This document shows positions 8,838 through 18,468 of a stretch of 64,000 nucleotides of DNA, in pieces. Positions within the stretch are counted from its first letter, which is position 1, and each line of letters opens with the position of its first letter. The stretch covers positions 1,630 through 65,629 of the forward strand of contig CBFHHV010000005.1 in the NCBI GenBank assembly GCA_965655775.1. Direction: 5' to 3'. Both the position numbers and the translations under genes were made by a program. Source of the DNA: Candidatus Marisimplicoccus sp. (lineage in GTDB: Bacteria > Bacteroidota > Bacteroidia > Flavobacteriales > Flavobacteriaceae). The notes under the pieces are model-generated. The model was not told where the DNA came from. It made no database searches and saw only the letters and a list, made by a program, of their open reading frames with translations.

Positions 8838-10490
8838 GTGAAGAAAAAAGGCCCAAACTTTATTGAGCAAATAATAGAAGGTGATATAGCCAGGGGGTTT
8901 GATAAGAAAAACCTAAGGTTTAGGTTCCCTCCAGAGCCAAACGGCTACTTGCACATTGGCCACCTAAAAGCAATATGTTTAAATTTTAATTTAGGTGAAA
9001 AATATGACTCACCAGTAAACTTAAGGTTTGATGACACAAACCCTGAAAAAGAGGCAAAAGAATATGTTGATGCAATAAAACAAGACATTAAATGGCTTGG
9101 TTTTGATTGGGATAAAGAATGTTATGCCTCGGATTACTTCGATCAACTTTATGAGTGGGCAATAAGCTTAATTGAAAAAAACAAAGCATACATAGATTCT
9201 CAAACCTCTGAACAGATAGCTTCACAAAAAGGAACACCTACTCAACCAGGAGAAAACAGCCCTTTTAGACACAGGCCAAAAAAGGAAAGCTTGTCTATTT
9301 TTGAGGGAATGTATAGGGGTGAGTATGAACAGGGTGAGCATGTTTTAAGAGCAAAGATTGACATGGCTTCCTCAAACATGTTAATGCGAGACCCTGTTGT
9401 TTACAGAGTGATGAAGGCAAGTCACCACAGAACTGGAGATAACTGGAACATCTACCCAATGTATGACTGGACACATGGAGAGTCAGACTATATAGAGCAA
9501 GTTTCACACTCACTTTGTACACTTGAGTTTGAGCCTCATAGAGAATTGTACGACTGGTTTTTAGATGCAATTAGTCCACTAAAAGGAATTAGACCAAAAC
9601 AAAGAGAGTTTTCTAGGCTTAACCTTTCTTTTACTATTACAAGCAAAAGGAAGCTTGCACATCTAGTTGATAACAAAATGGTTTCAGGTTGGGATGATCC
9701 AAGAATGCCCACAATTTCTGGCCTTAGAAAAAGAGGTTATACCCCACAGTCCCTTAAAAACTTTGCACAAACAGTCGGTGTTTCAAAAAGGGAAAACATT
9801 ATTGACGTCTCTCTTCTTGAGTTTTTTGTTAGGTCACATTTAAATGAAGTTGCTCCAAGAGCAATGGCGGTTATAAACCCTTTAAAAATTAAAATTATAA
9901 ATTACGATAAGCATGAGGGAGAGAAGATAAACTTTGAAATTAACCCGCAAAAGGAAGAAGTAGGAAAGAGAGAGATAGCGTTTACAGATGAGGTGTTTAT
10001 TGAAAAAGAAGATTTTCAGGAAAACCCAAAGGGAGGATTTTTTAGATTGTCGCCTGGAGAAGAAGTAAGGTTAAAAAATGCATACATAATAAAAGCAGTT
10101 GATGTTGTTAAAGATCAAGAAGGAAATATATTAGAAGTTTTGTGTGAGTATGACCAAAAAAGCAAAAGCGGGTCAAACACTCCAGAAAGCAACAGAAAAG
10201 TTAAGGGCACAATTCATTGGGTTTCTGCAAAAGAGGCTGTCAGCGCAAAAATAAACATATATGATAGGCTTTTTAAAGTTGAGGAACCGGGAAAAAAATC
10301 AACAATTGAAAACGAAATCAATGAAAACTCATTGATAACAAAAGAAGCATTAGTTGAGCCATATTTATTAGAAGCAAAGGAAGGCCAGCAATTCCAATTT
10401 CAAAGGTTGGGTTATTTTGTTAAAACAGACAATAAAAAAACCCTAGAGTTTAATAAAACTGTAGGGCTAAGAGATGGTTGGAAAAAGTAA
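8838..10490 (+). CDS. glnS: Glutamine--tRNA ligase
   Basis: Class I HIGH motif (FPPEPNGYLHIGH), a KMSKS-like TITSKRK, and GlnRS-specific C-terminal beta-barrels. GTG start. Confidence 0.94.
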   Translation: MKKKGPNFIEQIIEGDIARGFDKKNLRFRFPPEPNGYLHIGHLKAICLNFNLGEKYDSPVNLRFDDTNPEKEAKEYVDAIKQDIKWLGFDWDKECYASDYFDQLYEWAISLIEKNKAYIDSQTSEQIASQKGTPTQPGENSPFRHRPKKESLSIFEGMYRGEYEQGEHVLRAKIDMASSNMLMRDPVVYRVMKASHHRTGDNWNIYPMYDWTHGESDYIEQVSHSLCTLEFEPHRELYDWFLDAISPLKGIRPKQREFSRLNLSFTITSKRKLAHLVDNKMVSGWDDPRMPTISGLRKRGYTPQSLKNFAQTVGVSKRENIIDVSLLEFFVRSHLNEVAPRAMAVINPLKIKIINYDKHEGEKINFEINPQKEEVGKREIAFTDEVFIEKEDFQENPKGGFFRLSPGEEVRLKNAYIIKAVDVVKDQEGNILEVLCEYDQKSKSGSNTPESNRKVKGTIHWVSAKEAVSAKINIYDRLFKVEEPGKKSTIENEINENSLITKEALVEPYLLEAKEGQQFQFQRLGYFVKTDNKKTLEFNKTVGLRDGWKK

Positions 10491-10493
10491 CCT

Positions 10494-11495
10494 TTATTCA
10501 CTTTCAGATTCACCAAACTCTGGCGTTTCAGGTTCTTCAAGCCTTTTGGTTTCTGTTTTTGTCGGCCCAGTTTCTGAGCTTCTTTGATTTTCTTTTTGCA
10601 TCGCCTCTCCAATTTTACTACTTGCTGTAAATGCAGCAACCATGTCGTTTAACATAGTGCTTCCAGCCTGAGGAGAATTTGGAAGAAGTATCAAGTTTGA
10701 GTTAGTTTCACCACCAATTGACTGTAATGTGTCATAGTGTTGAGTAACAACAATAAGCGCAGAAGCTTCTTGTGAATTAATACCCACAGAACCGAGCGTT
10801 CCAACAGAGTCTTCAATACCTTTTGCAATCTCTCTTCTTTGATCGGCTATACCCTGCCCTTGAAGTCTTTTACTTTCAGCCTCAGCCTTTGCTTTTTCAA
10901 CAATTAAAATTCTTGCAGCGTCTCCCTCATATTGCGCAGCTGTCTTTTCTCTGTCTGCAGCATTAATTCTATTCATTGCCCTTTTTACTTCTGCATCTGG
11001 TTCAATATCTGTTACAAGGGCTTTAACAATAAAATATCCATACTCTTCCATTGCATCCCCAAGAGATTGTTTTACCGCAACAGCAATATCATCTTGTTTA
11101 GAAAAAACATCATCTAGTTTCATTTTAGGCACCTGAGAACGAATAAGGTCAAAAACATATGATGTTATTTGATCTTGTGGAAAATCTAGTTTATAGAATG
11201 CATCAAAAACTTTTGACTCAACAACTCTGTATTGTACGGAAACTTTAAGTTTTACAAAAACATCATCACTGGTTTTTGTCTCTACAACTACGTCAAGTTG
11301 TAGAACTTTTAAGCTTAATTTCCCAGCGATTCTGTCAACCAAAGGAATCTTAACTTGAAAACCAGGGCCTCTAACGGATTGAAATTTACCAAACCTTTCA
11401 ACAATCGCAGCCGACTGCTGTTTGACGATAAATACCGTAGAGATAATGATAAAAAAAACTAATAATATAATTAAGGGTGTTGTAAATAGGCTCAT
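10494..11495 (-). CDS. SPFH/Band 7 (stomatin-like) membrane protein
   Basis: N-terminal TM helix, SPFH domain, an Ala/Glu-rich coiled segment (AEAESKRLQGQGIADQRREIAKG) and an acidic tail. Confidence 0.85.
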   Translation of the reverse strand: MSLFTTPLIILLVFFIIISTVFIVKQQSAAIVERFGKFQSVRGPGFQVKIPLVDRIAGKLSLKVLQLDVVVETKTSDDVFVKLKVSVQYRVVESKVFDAFYKLDFPQDQITSYVFDLIRSQVPKMKLDDVFSKQDDIAVAVKQSLGDAMEEYGYFIVKALVTDIEPDAEVKRAMNRINAADREKTAAQYEGDAARILIVEKAKAEAESKRLQGQGIADQRREIAKGIEDSVGTLGSVGINSQEASALIVVTQHYDTLQSIGGETNSNLILLPNSPQAGSTMLNDMVAAFTASSKIGEAMQKENQRSSETGPTKTETKRLEEPETPEFGESESE

Positions 11496-11498
11496 GTT

Positions 11499-12947
11499 TT
11501 AAATTTTATTTATTAAACTTTCAATTCTATGGAGTGTTTCTTCAGGACCAATAATATCTATAATTTTAAATAAATCCGGACCTGACAAACCCCCAACTAT
11601 ACAAAGACGTAAAGTCTTCATAATATTTCCAAAAGAAATTTGGTTTTCAGACCCAAAAGTCATCAAGCTTTCTTTTAACAACAAGGGCTCTGAAATTAAC
11701 TCCTCTTTTAATTTACAAAAATTTAGAATATTATATATATTGTTTCTTGTAATTTTCTCTATTGCCTCTTGGTCGTAACCGTTTGGTTGGCTAACAAAAA
11801 CAAACACCTCCTTTTCAACATCAAACAAAGTATTAAGTCTTTCTTTAATCAAATCAACAATTTGTTCACAGATATCATTGCTGTACTTTTTTTCTAGTAA
11901 AAGATTGGCCTGCTCACTTAAAGAGAGAATTTTTTTTGATGAAAAATCTCGAAGGTGAAGATGATTAATCCATACAGCTTTTTTAATGTCAAATCGTGCA
12001 CCTGATTTGTTTATGTCTTTGCTTTCAAAATTATTGACAAGCTCATCAAGAGAATACTTTTCGTTCTCGTTTTTTCCTTTCCACCCTAATAAAGCTAGAT
12101 AGTTTAATACTCCCTCAGGGGTATATCCTGACTCTTTAAAACCTTTAGACTCTTCCCACTGAACTGCAAAAACAGGGTGGCCCTGTTCTTCAGCATCTCT
12201 TTTCGACAGTTTACCTTGACCTGTGCTTTTTAAAATTAGTGGAAGGTGATAAAATTTAGGAGGAGACCACCCAAAATGATTATATAGAGTTAAATGTGAA
12301 GGAAGCGAAGACAACCACTCCTCACCACGAACAACAGAGGTGATTTTCATATCATGATCATCTACAACATTAGCAAAATGATATGTTGGCATACCATCAG
12401 ATTTCATAATTACTTTGTCTTCTATCTCATTTGAATTAAAACTTACAGACCCTCTAATCTCGTCATTTACAGTGATTGTTTTTTTTTCAGGAATAACCAT
12501 TCTTATAACATAACCCCCTTTACCAATCCTGCTCTTAACCTCCTCTTCTGAAACCGTAAAAGAGTTGTCCATGCTCTTTCTTGTCTCATAATTATATTTA
12601 AACTCACCGTTTGACTCCTTTCTTGCATCTTCAAGCTCAGCAGAAGAATCAAAGGCATAATAAGCCAAACCCTTCTTTAAAAGCTCTTCAGCACGTTTTT
12701 TATATAAACTTTTTCTGCCGCTTTGTTTTATTGGCCCCTCATCAAACTTTAAACCAAGCCATTTTAAAGAATCTTTTATATGTTCTTCGGCACCTACAAC
12801 AGTTCTTTTGGAGTCGGTGTCTTCAATTCTAAGAATAAAGTCGCCACCATTTTTTTTAGCAATTAAATAATTAAAAAGAGCTGTTCTCACTCCTCCAATA
12901 TGAAGAGGTCCTGTTGGACTAGGTGCAAATCTGGCTCTTTCCCTCAT
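11499..12947 (-). CDS. gltX: Glutamate--tRNA ligase
   Basis: RFAPSPTGPLHIGGVRTALFNY (HIGH motif) and KLSKR (KMSKS motif). Confidence 0.95.
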   Translation of the reverse strand: MRERARFAPSPTGPLHIGGVRTALFNYLIAKKNGGDFILRIEDTDSKRTVVGAEEHIKDSLKWLGLKFDEGPIKQSGRKSLYKKRAEELLKKGLAYYAFDSSAELEDARKESNGEFKYNYETRKSMDNSFTVSEEEVKSRIGKGGYVIRMVIPEKKTITVNDEIRGSVSFNSNEIEDKVIMKSDGMPTYHFANVVDDHDMKITSVVRGEEWLSSLPSHLTLYNHFGWSPPKFYHLPLILKSTGQGKLSKRDAEEQGHPVFAVQWEESKGFKESGYTPEGVLNYLALLGWKGKNENEKYSLDELVNNFESKDINKSGARFDIKKAVWINHLHLRDFSSKKILSLSEQANLLLEKKYSNDICEQIVDLIKERLNTLFDVEKEVFVFVSQPNGYDQEAIEKITRNNIYNILNFCKLKEELISEPLLLKESLMTFGSENQISFGNIMKTLRLCIVGGLSGPDLFKIIDIIGPEETLHRIESLINKI

Positions 12948-12951
12948 TCTT

Positions 12952-12959
12952 CAAATATA
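12952..12959 (-). promoter_or_regulatory. -7 promoter box (TATATTTG) for gltX
   Basis: The reverse complement of caaatata is TATATTTG. It ends 4 nt (AAGA) before the gltX ATG. Confidence 0.45.
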
Positions 12960-13002
12960 ACACCATATTATTCGTTATTGAAATTATCCTTAATAATTGA
13001 TT

Positions 13003-13010
13003 TATATTTG
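13003..13010 (+). promoter_or_regulatory. -7 promoter box (TATATTTG) for ybeY, with candidate -33 TTG at 12978-12980
   Basis: Exact TAnnTTTG match 7 nt upstream of the ATG at 13018. An upstream TTG lies 22 nt away. Confidence 0.45.
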
Positions 13011-13017
13011 TTGAAAT

Positions 13018-13452
13018 ATGCAAAAGATTAAGTTTATTGGATATTCAAACACCCTATTTCAAAATAAGATTTTAGAGGAAACTATTTTTTATTTTGCTAA
13101 CAAAAGCGGATTCAAAATAGAAAAATTGGAATATAATTTTGTGGATTTAAATGCTATGAGATCTTTAAATGTAGACTTTCTTAGTCATGACAATCATACT
13201 GATATTGTCACATTCGATTATTCTGAAGAAAAAAATCTTATTGCGGAAGTCTATATCTCTCTATCAATGATGAGAGAAAATGCCAAAAAATACAAACAAA
13301 GTATTGATAATGAGTGTGTTAGGTTAATCTCCCATGGTCTTTTCCACTGTCTTGGATATAAAGACAAGACTTCTGGTGAAAAGGCTGTTATGAGAAAAAA
13401 GGAAGAAGAGTTTATATTTGCTGTTTCACGTGAAACCAATCAAAATGTTTGA
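13018..13452 (+). CDS. ybeY: rRNA maturation endoribonuclease YbeY
   Basis: Zinc motif ISHGLFHCLGYKD (HxxxHxxxxxH-type). 144 aa. Confidence 0.9.
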   Translation: MQKIKFIGYSNTLFQNKILEETIFYFANKSGFKIEKLEYNFVDLNAMRSLNVDFLSHDNHTDIVTFDYSEEKNLIAEVYISLSMMRENAKKYKQSIDNECVRLISHGLFHCLGYKDKTSGEKAVMRKKEEEFIFAVSRETNQNV

Positions 13453-15316
13453 ATCTAAATATGATGTTATTGTTGTAGGAGGTGGTCATGCCGGGGCAGA
13501 GGCTGCTGCTGCCGCTGCAAACTTAGGTTCCAGAACACTTTTAGTTACGATGAACCTGCAAACCATTGGCCAAATGTCATGTAATCCAGCAATGGGAGGC
13601 ATTGCAAAAGGCCAAATTGTTAGAGAAATAGATGCTCTTGGTGGATACAGTGGTGTCGTTTCAGACTTAACAGCCATACAGTTTAAAATGCTGAATAAAT
13701 CAAAAGGACCTGCAATGTGGAGCCCAAGGGTTCAGTCAGATAGAGCAAAATTTGCACTCAAATGGCGAGAAATGTTAGAGAACACACCAAACCTTGATTT
13801 TTATCAAGATATGGTTGTTGGTTTAATTGTAGAAAAAAACACAATAAAAGGGGTGGTTACAGGTTTAGGCAATAAAATACGCTCTCACTCTGTTATTTTA
13901 ACAAACGGAACATTTTTAAATGGACTAATACATGTCGGGGATAAAAATTTTGGTGGAGGAAGAGTTGGAGAAAAATCTTCTGTAGGTATTACCGCTGACC
14001 TTGAGTCTTATGGTTTTAAATCTGGTAGAATGAAAACAGGAACACCACCACGAGTCGACGGAAGATCATTAGATTACAGCGTTATGGAAGAGCAGCCTGG
14101 TGATAAAAACCCAGCTAAATTTAGTTACCTCGAAAGTATACAGCCCATTAAGCATCAGATTAGCTGTCATATAACTTACACTAATAGTGAGGTTCATGAT
14201 ATTATGTCTGAATCTTTTGATCGATCACCCATGTTTAATGGCAGCATAAGTAGTACAGGACCTAGATACTGTCCTTCAATCGAAGATAAAATACACAGGT
14301 TTACAGAAAAGGACAGGCATCAGATATTTGTTGAACCAGAGGGAGAAAACACAGTTGAAGTATATGTCAACGGTTTTTCAACCTCAATGCCAGAAGATGT
14401 TCAATATGCAGCTATCAAAAGAATTAAAGGTTTTGAAAATGTTAAGTTTTTTAGGCCAGGATACGCTATAGAGTATGATTATTTTCCACCAACTCAATTA
14501 ACTCTTACTCTTGAAACTAAGTTGATAAAGAACTTGTTTTTTGCCGGACAGATTAATGGTACAACTGGCTATGAAGAAGCTGCAGCTCAAGGTTTAATGG
14601 CAGGGATTAATGCTGTTTCAAAAGCGTTTGAAAAAGAACCTCTAATATTAACAAGAAGCGAAGCTTATATTGGCGTTTTGATTGACGATTTAATTACAAA
14701 AGGTACAGAGGAGCCATATAGAATGTTTACTTCCCGAGCAGAATATAGAACCCTGCTTAGGCAAGACAATGCTGATATTCGATTAACGGAGAAATCATTC
14801 AAAATTGGCTTAGCAAAGAAAGAAAGATATGATCGTGTTATACAGAAACAAGAAGAAGTGGAAGGTTTTGTTAGGTTTTTTAATGAAACAAGCTTTGAAT
14901 TAGAAGAGGTTAATAAAATTTTAAAATCAGTAAACTATGAACCCGTCCCACAGAAAGGAAAAATAGATAAAATATACTCAAGGCCGAATGTTAAACAACA
15001 GGATATAAGAAAATTAACCTCTGTGGAAAACTATATTCAAGCAAAAAAGCTAGACAATGAGGTTTTAGACCAGACGGAGATTCAAATAAAATATAAAGGT
15101 TACATAGAGAAAGAGAAAGCTAACGCCGATAAACTTCAAAGACTAGAAGATATTAAGATTCCAGATAATTTCGATTACGATCCTTTAGCTTCGCTTTCAA
15201 ATGAAGCAAAAGAAAAATTAAATAAAATTAGACCATCCACTCTTTCACAGGCATCAAGAATTAGCGGTATTAATCCAAGCGATATTAGTGTTCTGCTTGT
15301 TAAGATGGGGAGATAA
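13445..15316 (+). CDS. mnmG: tRNA uridine-5-carboxymethylaminomethyl(34) synthesis enzyme MnmG (GidA)
   Basis: FAD motif YDVIVVGGGHAGAEAA and MnmG signatures (GQMSCNPAMGG, TGPRYCPSIEDK). I prefer the ATG at 13445 (MFESKYDVIVVGGG) over 13418. It overlaps the ybeY end by 8 nt. Confidence 0.95.
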   Translation: MFESKYDVIVVGGGHAGAEAAAAAANLGSRTLLVTMNLQTIGQMSCNPAMGGIAKGQIVREIDALGGYSGVVSDLTAIQFKMLNKSKGPAMWSPRVQSDRAKFALKWREMLENTPNLDFYQDMVVGLIVEKNTIKGVVTGLGNKIRSHSVILTNGTFLNGLIHVGDKNFGGGRVGEKSSVGITADLESYGFKSGRMKTGTPPRVDGRSLDYSVMEEQPGDKNPAKFSYLESIQPIKHQISCHITYTNSEVHDIMSESFDRSPMFNGSISSTGPRYCPSIEDKIHRFTEKDRHQIFVEPEGENTVEVYVNGFSTSMPEDVQYAAIKRIKGFENVKFFRPGYAIEYDYFPPTQLTLTLETKLIKNLFFAGQINGTTGYEEAAAQGLMAGINAVSKAFEKEPLILTRSEAYIGVLIDDLITKGTEEPYRMFTSRAEYRTLLRQDNADIRLTEKSFKIGLAKKERYDRVIQKQEEVEGFVRFFNETSFELEEVNKILKSVNYEPVPQKGKIDKIYSRPNVKQQDIRKLTSVENYIQAKKLDNEVLDQTEIQIKYKGYIEKEKANADKLQRLEDIKIPDNFDYDPLASLSNEAKEKLNKIRPSTLSQASRISGINPSDISVLLVKMGR

Positions 15317-15325
15317 AAGTTCCAC

Positions 15326-16138
15326 GTGAAACAGTCACTTAAAAAAGATAGAATGTTTTTAAGCACAAAAGATTATGTTGCTTCAAACGAGCACTTCAAC
15401 CTTTTCCTTGATAACAAGACTAATATTGTATGGACAGATGTAGCAGAAGACCACAACCATAATAAATATTATGAAAATGAAAACTATCTTCCTCATAATG
15501 AAAAGAAAGGTCTCTTCTCATTTTTTTATAATCTCTCACAAAACATAATGTTTTCCTATAAATTAAAAGTTTTAAATAAAATCCTACAACCATCAAACAC
15601 AATTTTAGATTATGGGTCTGGTGATGGACGTTTTGCTGAATTTTTAAGAAAAAAGGAGATAAATGTTCATGTGTATGATCCAATAATAAACAAATCAAAA
15701 AAACCACAAATCATTGATAATCAATATGATATGATTATGATGTGGCATGTTTTAGAGCATGTTCCAGATATTAATAAGACGGCAATAGCATTAGAAAAAA
15801 AATTAAAACATAACGGCGCCCTTGTTGTTGCAGTTCCAAATAGGGACAGTTTTGATTCAAAAGCATATAGAGAACACTGGGCAGCCTGGGATGTGCCAAG
15901 ACATTTATACCATTTTAATCATAACTCTTTAGAAAATCTAATGAAAGAAAAAGGGTTTAGCCTAATCTCTAAACATCCTTTGTGGCTTGATTCTTATTAT
16001 GTGTCATACCTCTCATCTAAATACAAAAAGTCTATTTTTCCATGGATTAATTCATTAGTCATTGGTTCTCTCTCAAATATGTTAGCCATTTTCACATCTA
16101 AATACTCTTCCTCTTTCTATATATTCAAAAGAGCTTAA
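15326..16138 (+). CDS. Class I SAM-dependent methyltransferase
   Basis: Motif I ILDYGSGDGRF, with MWHVLEHV downstream. GTG start at 15326; the ATG at 15353 is an alternative. Confidence 0.75.
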   Translation: MKQSLKKDRMFLSTKDYVASNEHFNLFLDNKTNIVWTDVAEDHNHNKYYENENYLPHNEKKGLFSFFYNLSQNIMFSYKLKVLNKILQPSNTILDYGSGDGRFAEFLRKKEINVHVYDPIINKSKKPQIIDNQYDMIMMWHVLEHVPDINKTAIALEKKLKHNGALVVAVPNRDSFDSKAYREHWAAWDVPRHLYHFNHNSLENLMKEKGFSLISKHPLWLDSYYVSYLSSKYKKSIFPWINSLVIGSLSNMLAIFTSKYSSSFYIFKRA

Positions 16139-17232
16139 TCCTCAGGAGTATTAATAAGCTTTGTCATTTTAATTGCGAATGACGTGAAAACAATTTTAGA
16201 GTTAACGTTCCTTGAAATTGAGTAATGTGAATCCTCGATTAAGTCAATTATTTCAATTAAATTTCTACTGTGAACGAATGGAGAAAGCTTACCTATTTTA
16301 AAATCTGAATTTGAAACAAAAGAAGTTAAGTTTTCTGACCTATAGCTAACAAGCATAGCTTCCCTGATAAGAAAGGAACAAAAACCCAGAAATTCTTTTT
16401 GTTGTTCTCTTGAATTAGAAGCAATTTTCTCAGACCATTTGGTAAGATCCAAAACAGCTTTTTTACTTTTTTTTGCAAGAAAGGCAAACCTTAAACAATC
16501 AATAAAATTTTGTTCATGAGAGATTGAAGAGGAGTCTTCATCTATATAGTTTAGTGCCCTAGAAATACTTCCCCTTGAGGATTTTACAATTAAATCATAG
16601 TCAACATCACTAACTAAACTCTGTAAAAACTGTTTGTGCTCTTCATGATCAACAGGGCCAAGGTTTGAAATTTGACATCTTGATATTATTGTAGGCAAAA
16701 GATCCTGTAAACTATTAGTTGTTAAAATAAAATAAGTGTCAATAGGTGGTTCCTCTAATATTTTTAAAAGCTTATTAGAGGTCTGAGGCATCATTGTTTC
16801 AGCCCCCCAGAGAATAAAAACTTTGTTTCCCCCAAGAAAGGATTTAAGAACTGCTTTCTTTTGAATTGTGTCAATCTCAGGAACTTTTATAGACCCTTGA
16901 GAAGTTGTGTTCCCAATAAAAGTTGACCACTTTTGAAAATCAGAGAAAGGAAACTGTTTAACAAAAGAGATCCACTCAGCATATAGGTTTTCAGTATCCT
17001 TAACGGATGCAAAAGTGGGAAAAGAAAAGTGTAAATCAGGATGATCCAAAACGTCACCACTATAAGAGTTTTTTGGATTTAGTAGCTCTCTTGCAATTTC
17101 AATTGCAAAATTTAAACCACCATACCCATCTTTATCTACAAGAATTTTTGATTGAGGAAAGTTTTTTTTCTGAATTGAATCATAGATCCTTTCTTTAATA
17201 TGTCCTTGACCCAAAATTCTATCTAAATTCAT
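16135..17232 (-). CDS. holB: DNA polymerase III delta-prime subunit-like clamp-loader protein
   Basis: KVFILWGAETMMPQTSNKLLKILEEPP and SRCQ motifs. I prefer the ATG at 17232 (MNLDRILGQ). The track's TTG at 17238 lies inside the -7 box. Confidence 0.8.
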   Translation of the reverse strand: MNLDRILGQGHIKERIYDSIQKKNFPQSKILVDKDGYGGLNFAIEIARELLNPKNSYSGDVLDHPDLHFSFPTFASVKDTENLYAEWISFVKQFPFSDFQKWSTFIGNTTSQGSIKVPEIDTIQKKAVLKSFLGGNKVFILWGAETMMPQTSNKLLKILEEPPIDTYFILTTNSLQDLLPTIISRCQISNLGPVDHEEHKQFLQSLVSDVDYDLIVKSSRGSISRALNYIDEDSSSISHEQNFIDCLRFAFLAKKSKKAVLDLTKWSEKIASNSREQQKEFLGFCSFLIREAMLVSYRSENLTSFVSNSDFKIGKLSPFVHSRNLIEIIDLIEDSHYSISRNVNSKIVFTSFAIKMTKLINTPED

Positions 17233-17235
17233 ACC

Positions 17236-17243
17236 CAAATATA
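17236..17243 (-). promoter_or_regulatory. -7 promoter box (TATATTTG) for holB
   Basis: The reverse complement of caaatata. The box ends 3 nt (GGT) before the ATG at 17232. Confidence 0.45.
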
Positions 17244-17253
17244 TATCATATTA

Positions 17254-17261
17254 TATCTTTG
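17254..17261 (+). promoter_or_regulatory. -7 promoter box (TATCTTTG) for pgk
   Basis: Exact TAnnTTTG match 19 nt upstream of the ATG at 17281. Confidence 0.45.
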
Positions 17262-17280
17262 TCGACAAAATAATATTAAC

Positions 17281-18468
17281 ATGTCCGATCTAGAAAAACA
17301 AGACTTAAAAAATAAAAAAGTAATTGTAAGGGTTGATTTAAATGTCCCTTTAGATGATAATGATAATGTAACAGACACAACGAGAATTGTGGCATGTAAA
17401 GAGACAGTGGATTTAATTCTAGAAAAAGGAGGAACATGTATTCTAATATCTCATCTTGGTAGACCAAAAGGAAAAGAAAATAAATTTTCTCTAAAAAAAA
17501 TAGTGGATACAGTCTCTTCTGTATTAAACCATCCAGTTTTTTTTTATGAAGACTGTGTTGGCCAGGGTGCTAAGGAAGCAATTTCTAAATTAGATCAAGG
17601 AAGTATTATTCTTATGGAAAATCTTCGTTTTTATGAGGAGGAAACACTAGGAGATAGAGTATTTGCTAAAAATCTTTCAGAATTAGGTGATATATATGTA
17701 AATGATGCTTTTGGAACTTGCCACAGAGAACATGCATCAACAGCGGTAATTGCTGAGTATTTCGAGAATAAAAAATTTGCAGGTAAACTTCTTCAAAAAG
17801 AGCTTGAGGCAATAAATCAAATTGCTAATAATGGAAAAAAACCTGTTCTTGCAATTTTAGGAGGGGCCAAAGTCTCAAGCAAGCTTAGTATTCTGTATAA
17901 TCTGATTAAGAACGTAGATAAAATTATAATTGGTGGAGGAATGGCCTATACGTTTATTAAAGCAAAAGGAGGACAAATCGGGAACTCTCTAGTAGAAGAT
18001 GAATTAATTACTAATGCACAAGAAATCTTAAGGTTAGCCCAAAAATTAGATAAAAAAATAATTTTGCCAGTAGACACAAAAGCTTCAAAAGACTTTGATA
18101 ATAACGATCAAATATCAACCTTTAACTCAGAAGAAATAGAAGCTGGATGGTTGGGGCTAGATATTGGAGAAAAGTCCAAGGAAATATTTCATCAAGAAAT
18201 TCTAACAAGTAATACAATTTTTTGGAATGGACCAATGGGGGTTTTTGAAAAAGAACTTTTTTCTGAAGGAACAAGCTCAATATGTAATTCCCTCAGAGAA
18301 GCTAAAGAAAAAGGAGTAAATGTAATTGTTGGTGGAGGTGACTCTATAGCAGCATTAAAAAAGCTTGGAAAAGAGGAATGGGTTGGGTATATTTCAACTG
18401 GAGGAGGAGCTCTCTTAGAAAGTTTAGAGGGAAAAACTCTTCCAGGGGTTAAGGCTTTGACGCAATGA
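17281..18468 (+). CDS. pgk: Phosphoglycerate kinase
   Basis: RVDLNVP, SHLGRPKG and GGGDS motifs. 395 aa. Confidence 0.96.
   Translation: MSDLEKQDLKNKKVIVRVDLNVPLDDNDNVTDTTRIVACKETVDLILEKGGTCILISHLGRPKGKENKFSLKKIVDTVSSVLNHPVFFYEDCVGQGAKEAISKLDQGSIILMENLRFYEEETLGDRVFAKNLSELGDIYVNDAFGTCHREHASTAVIAEYFENKKFAGKLLQKELEAINQIANNGKKPVLAILGGAKVSSKLSILYNLIKNVDKIIIGGGMAYTFIKAKGGQIGNSLVEDELITNAQEILRLAQKLDKKIILPVDTKASKDFDNNDQISTFNSEEIEAGWLGLDIGEKSKEIFHQEILTSNTIFWNGPMGVFEKELFSEGTSSICNSLREAKEKGVNVIVGGGDSIAALKKLGKEEWVGYISTGGGALLESLEGKTLPGVKALTQ

Noticed and set aside
8775-8870. N-terminal 32-codon extension of the folB ORF
   Set aside because: The extension has no FolB similarity and would overlap the glnS start and its -7 box. 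An in-frame TTG at 8774 gives a normal-length FolB. The start remains uncertain, but the long form is unlikely.
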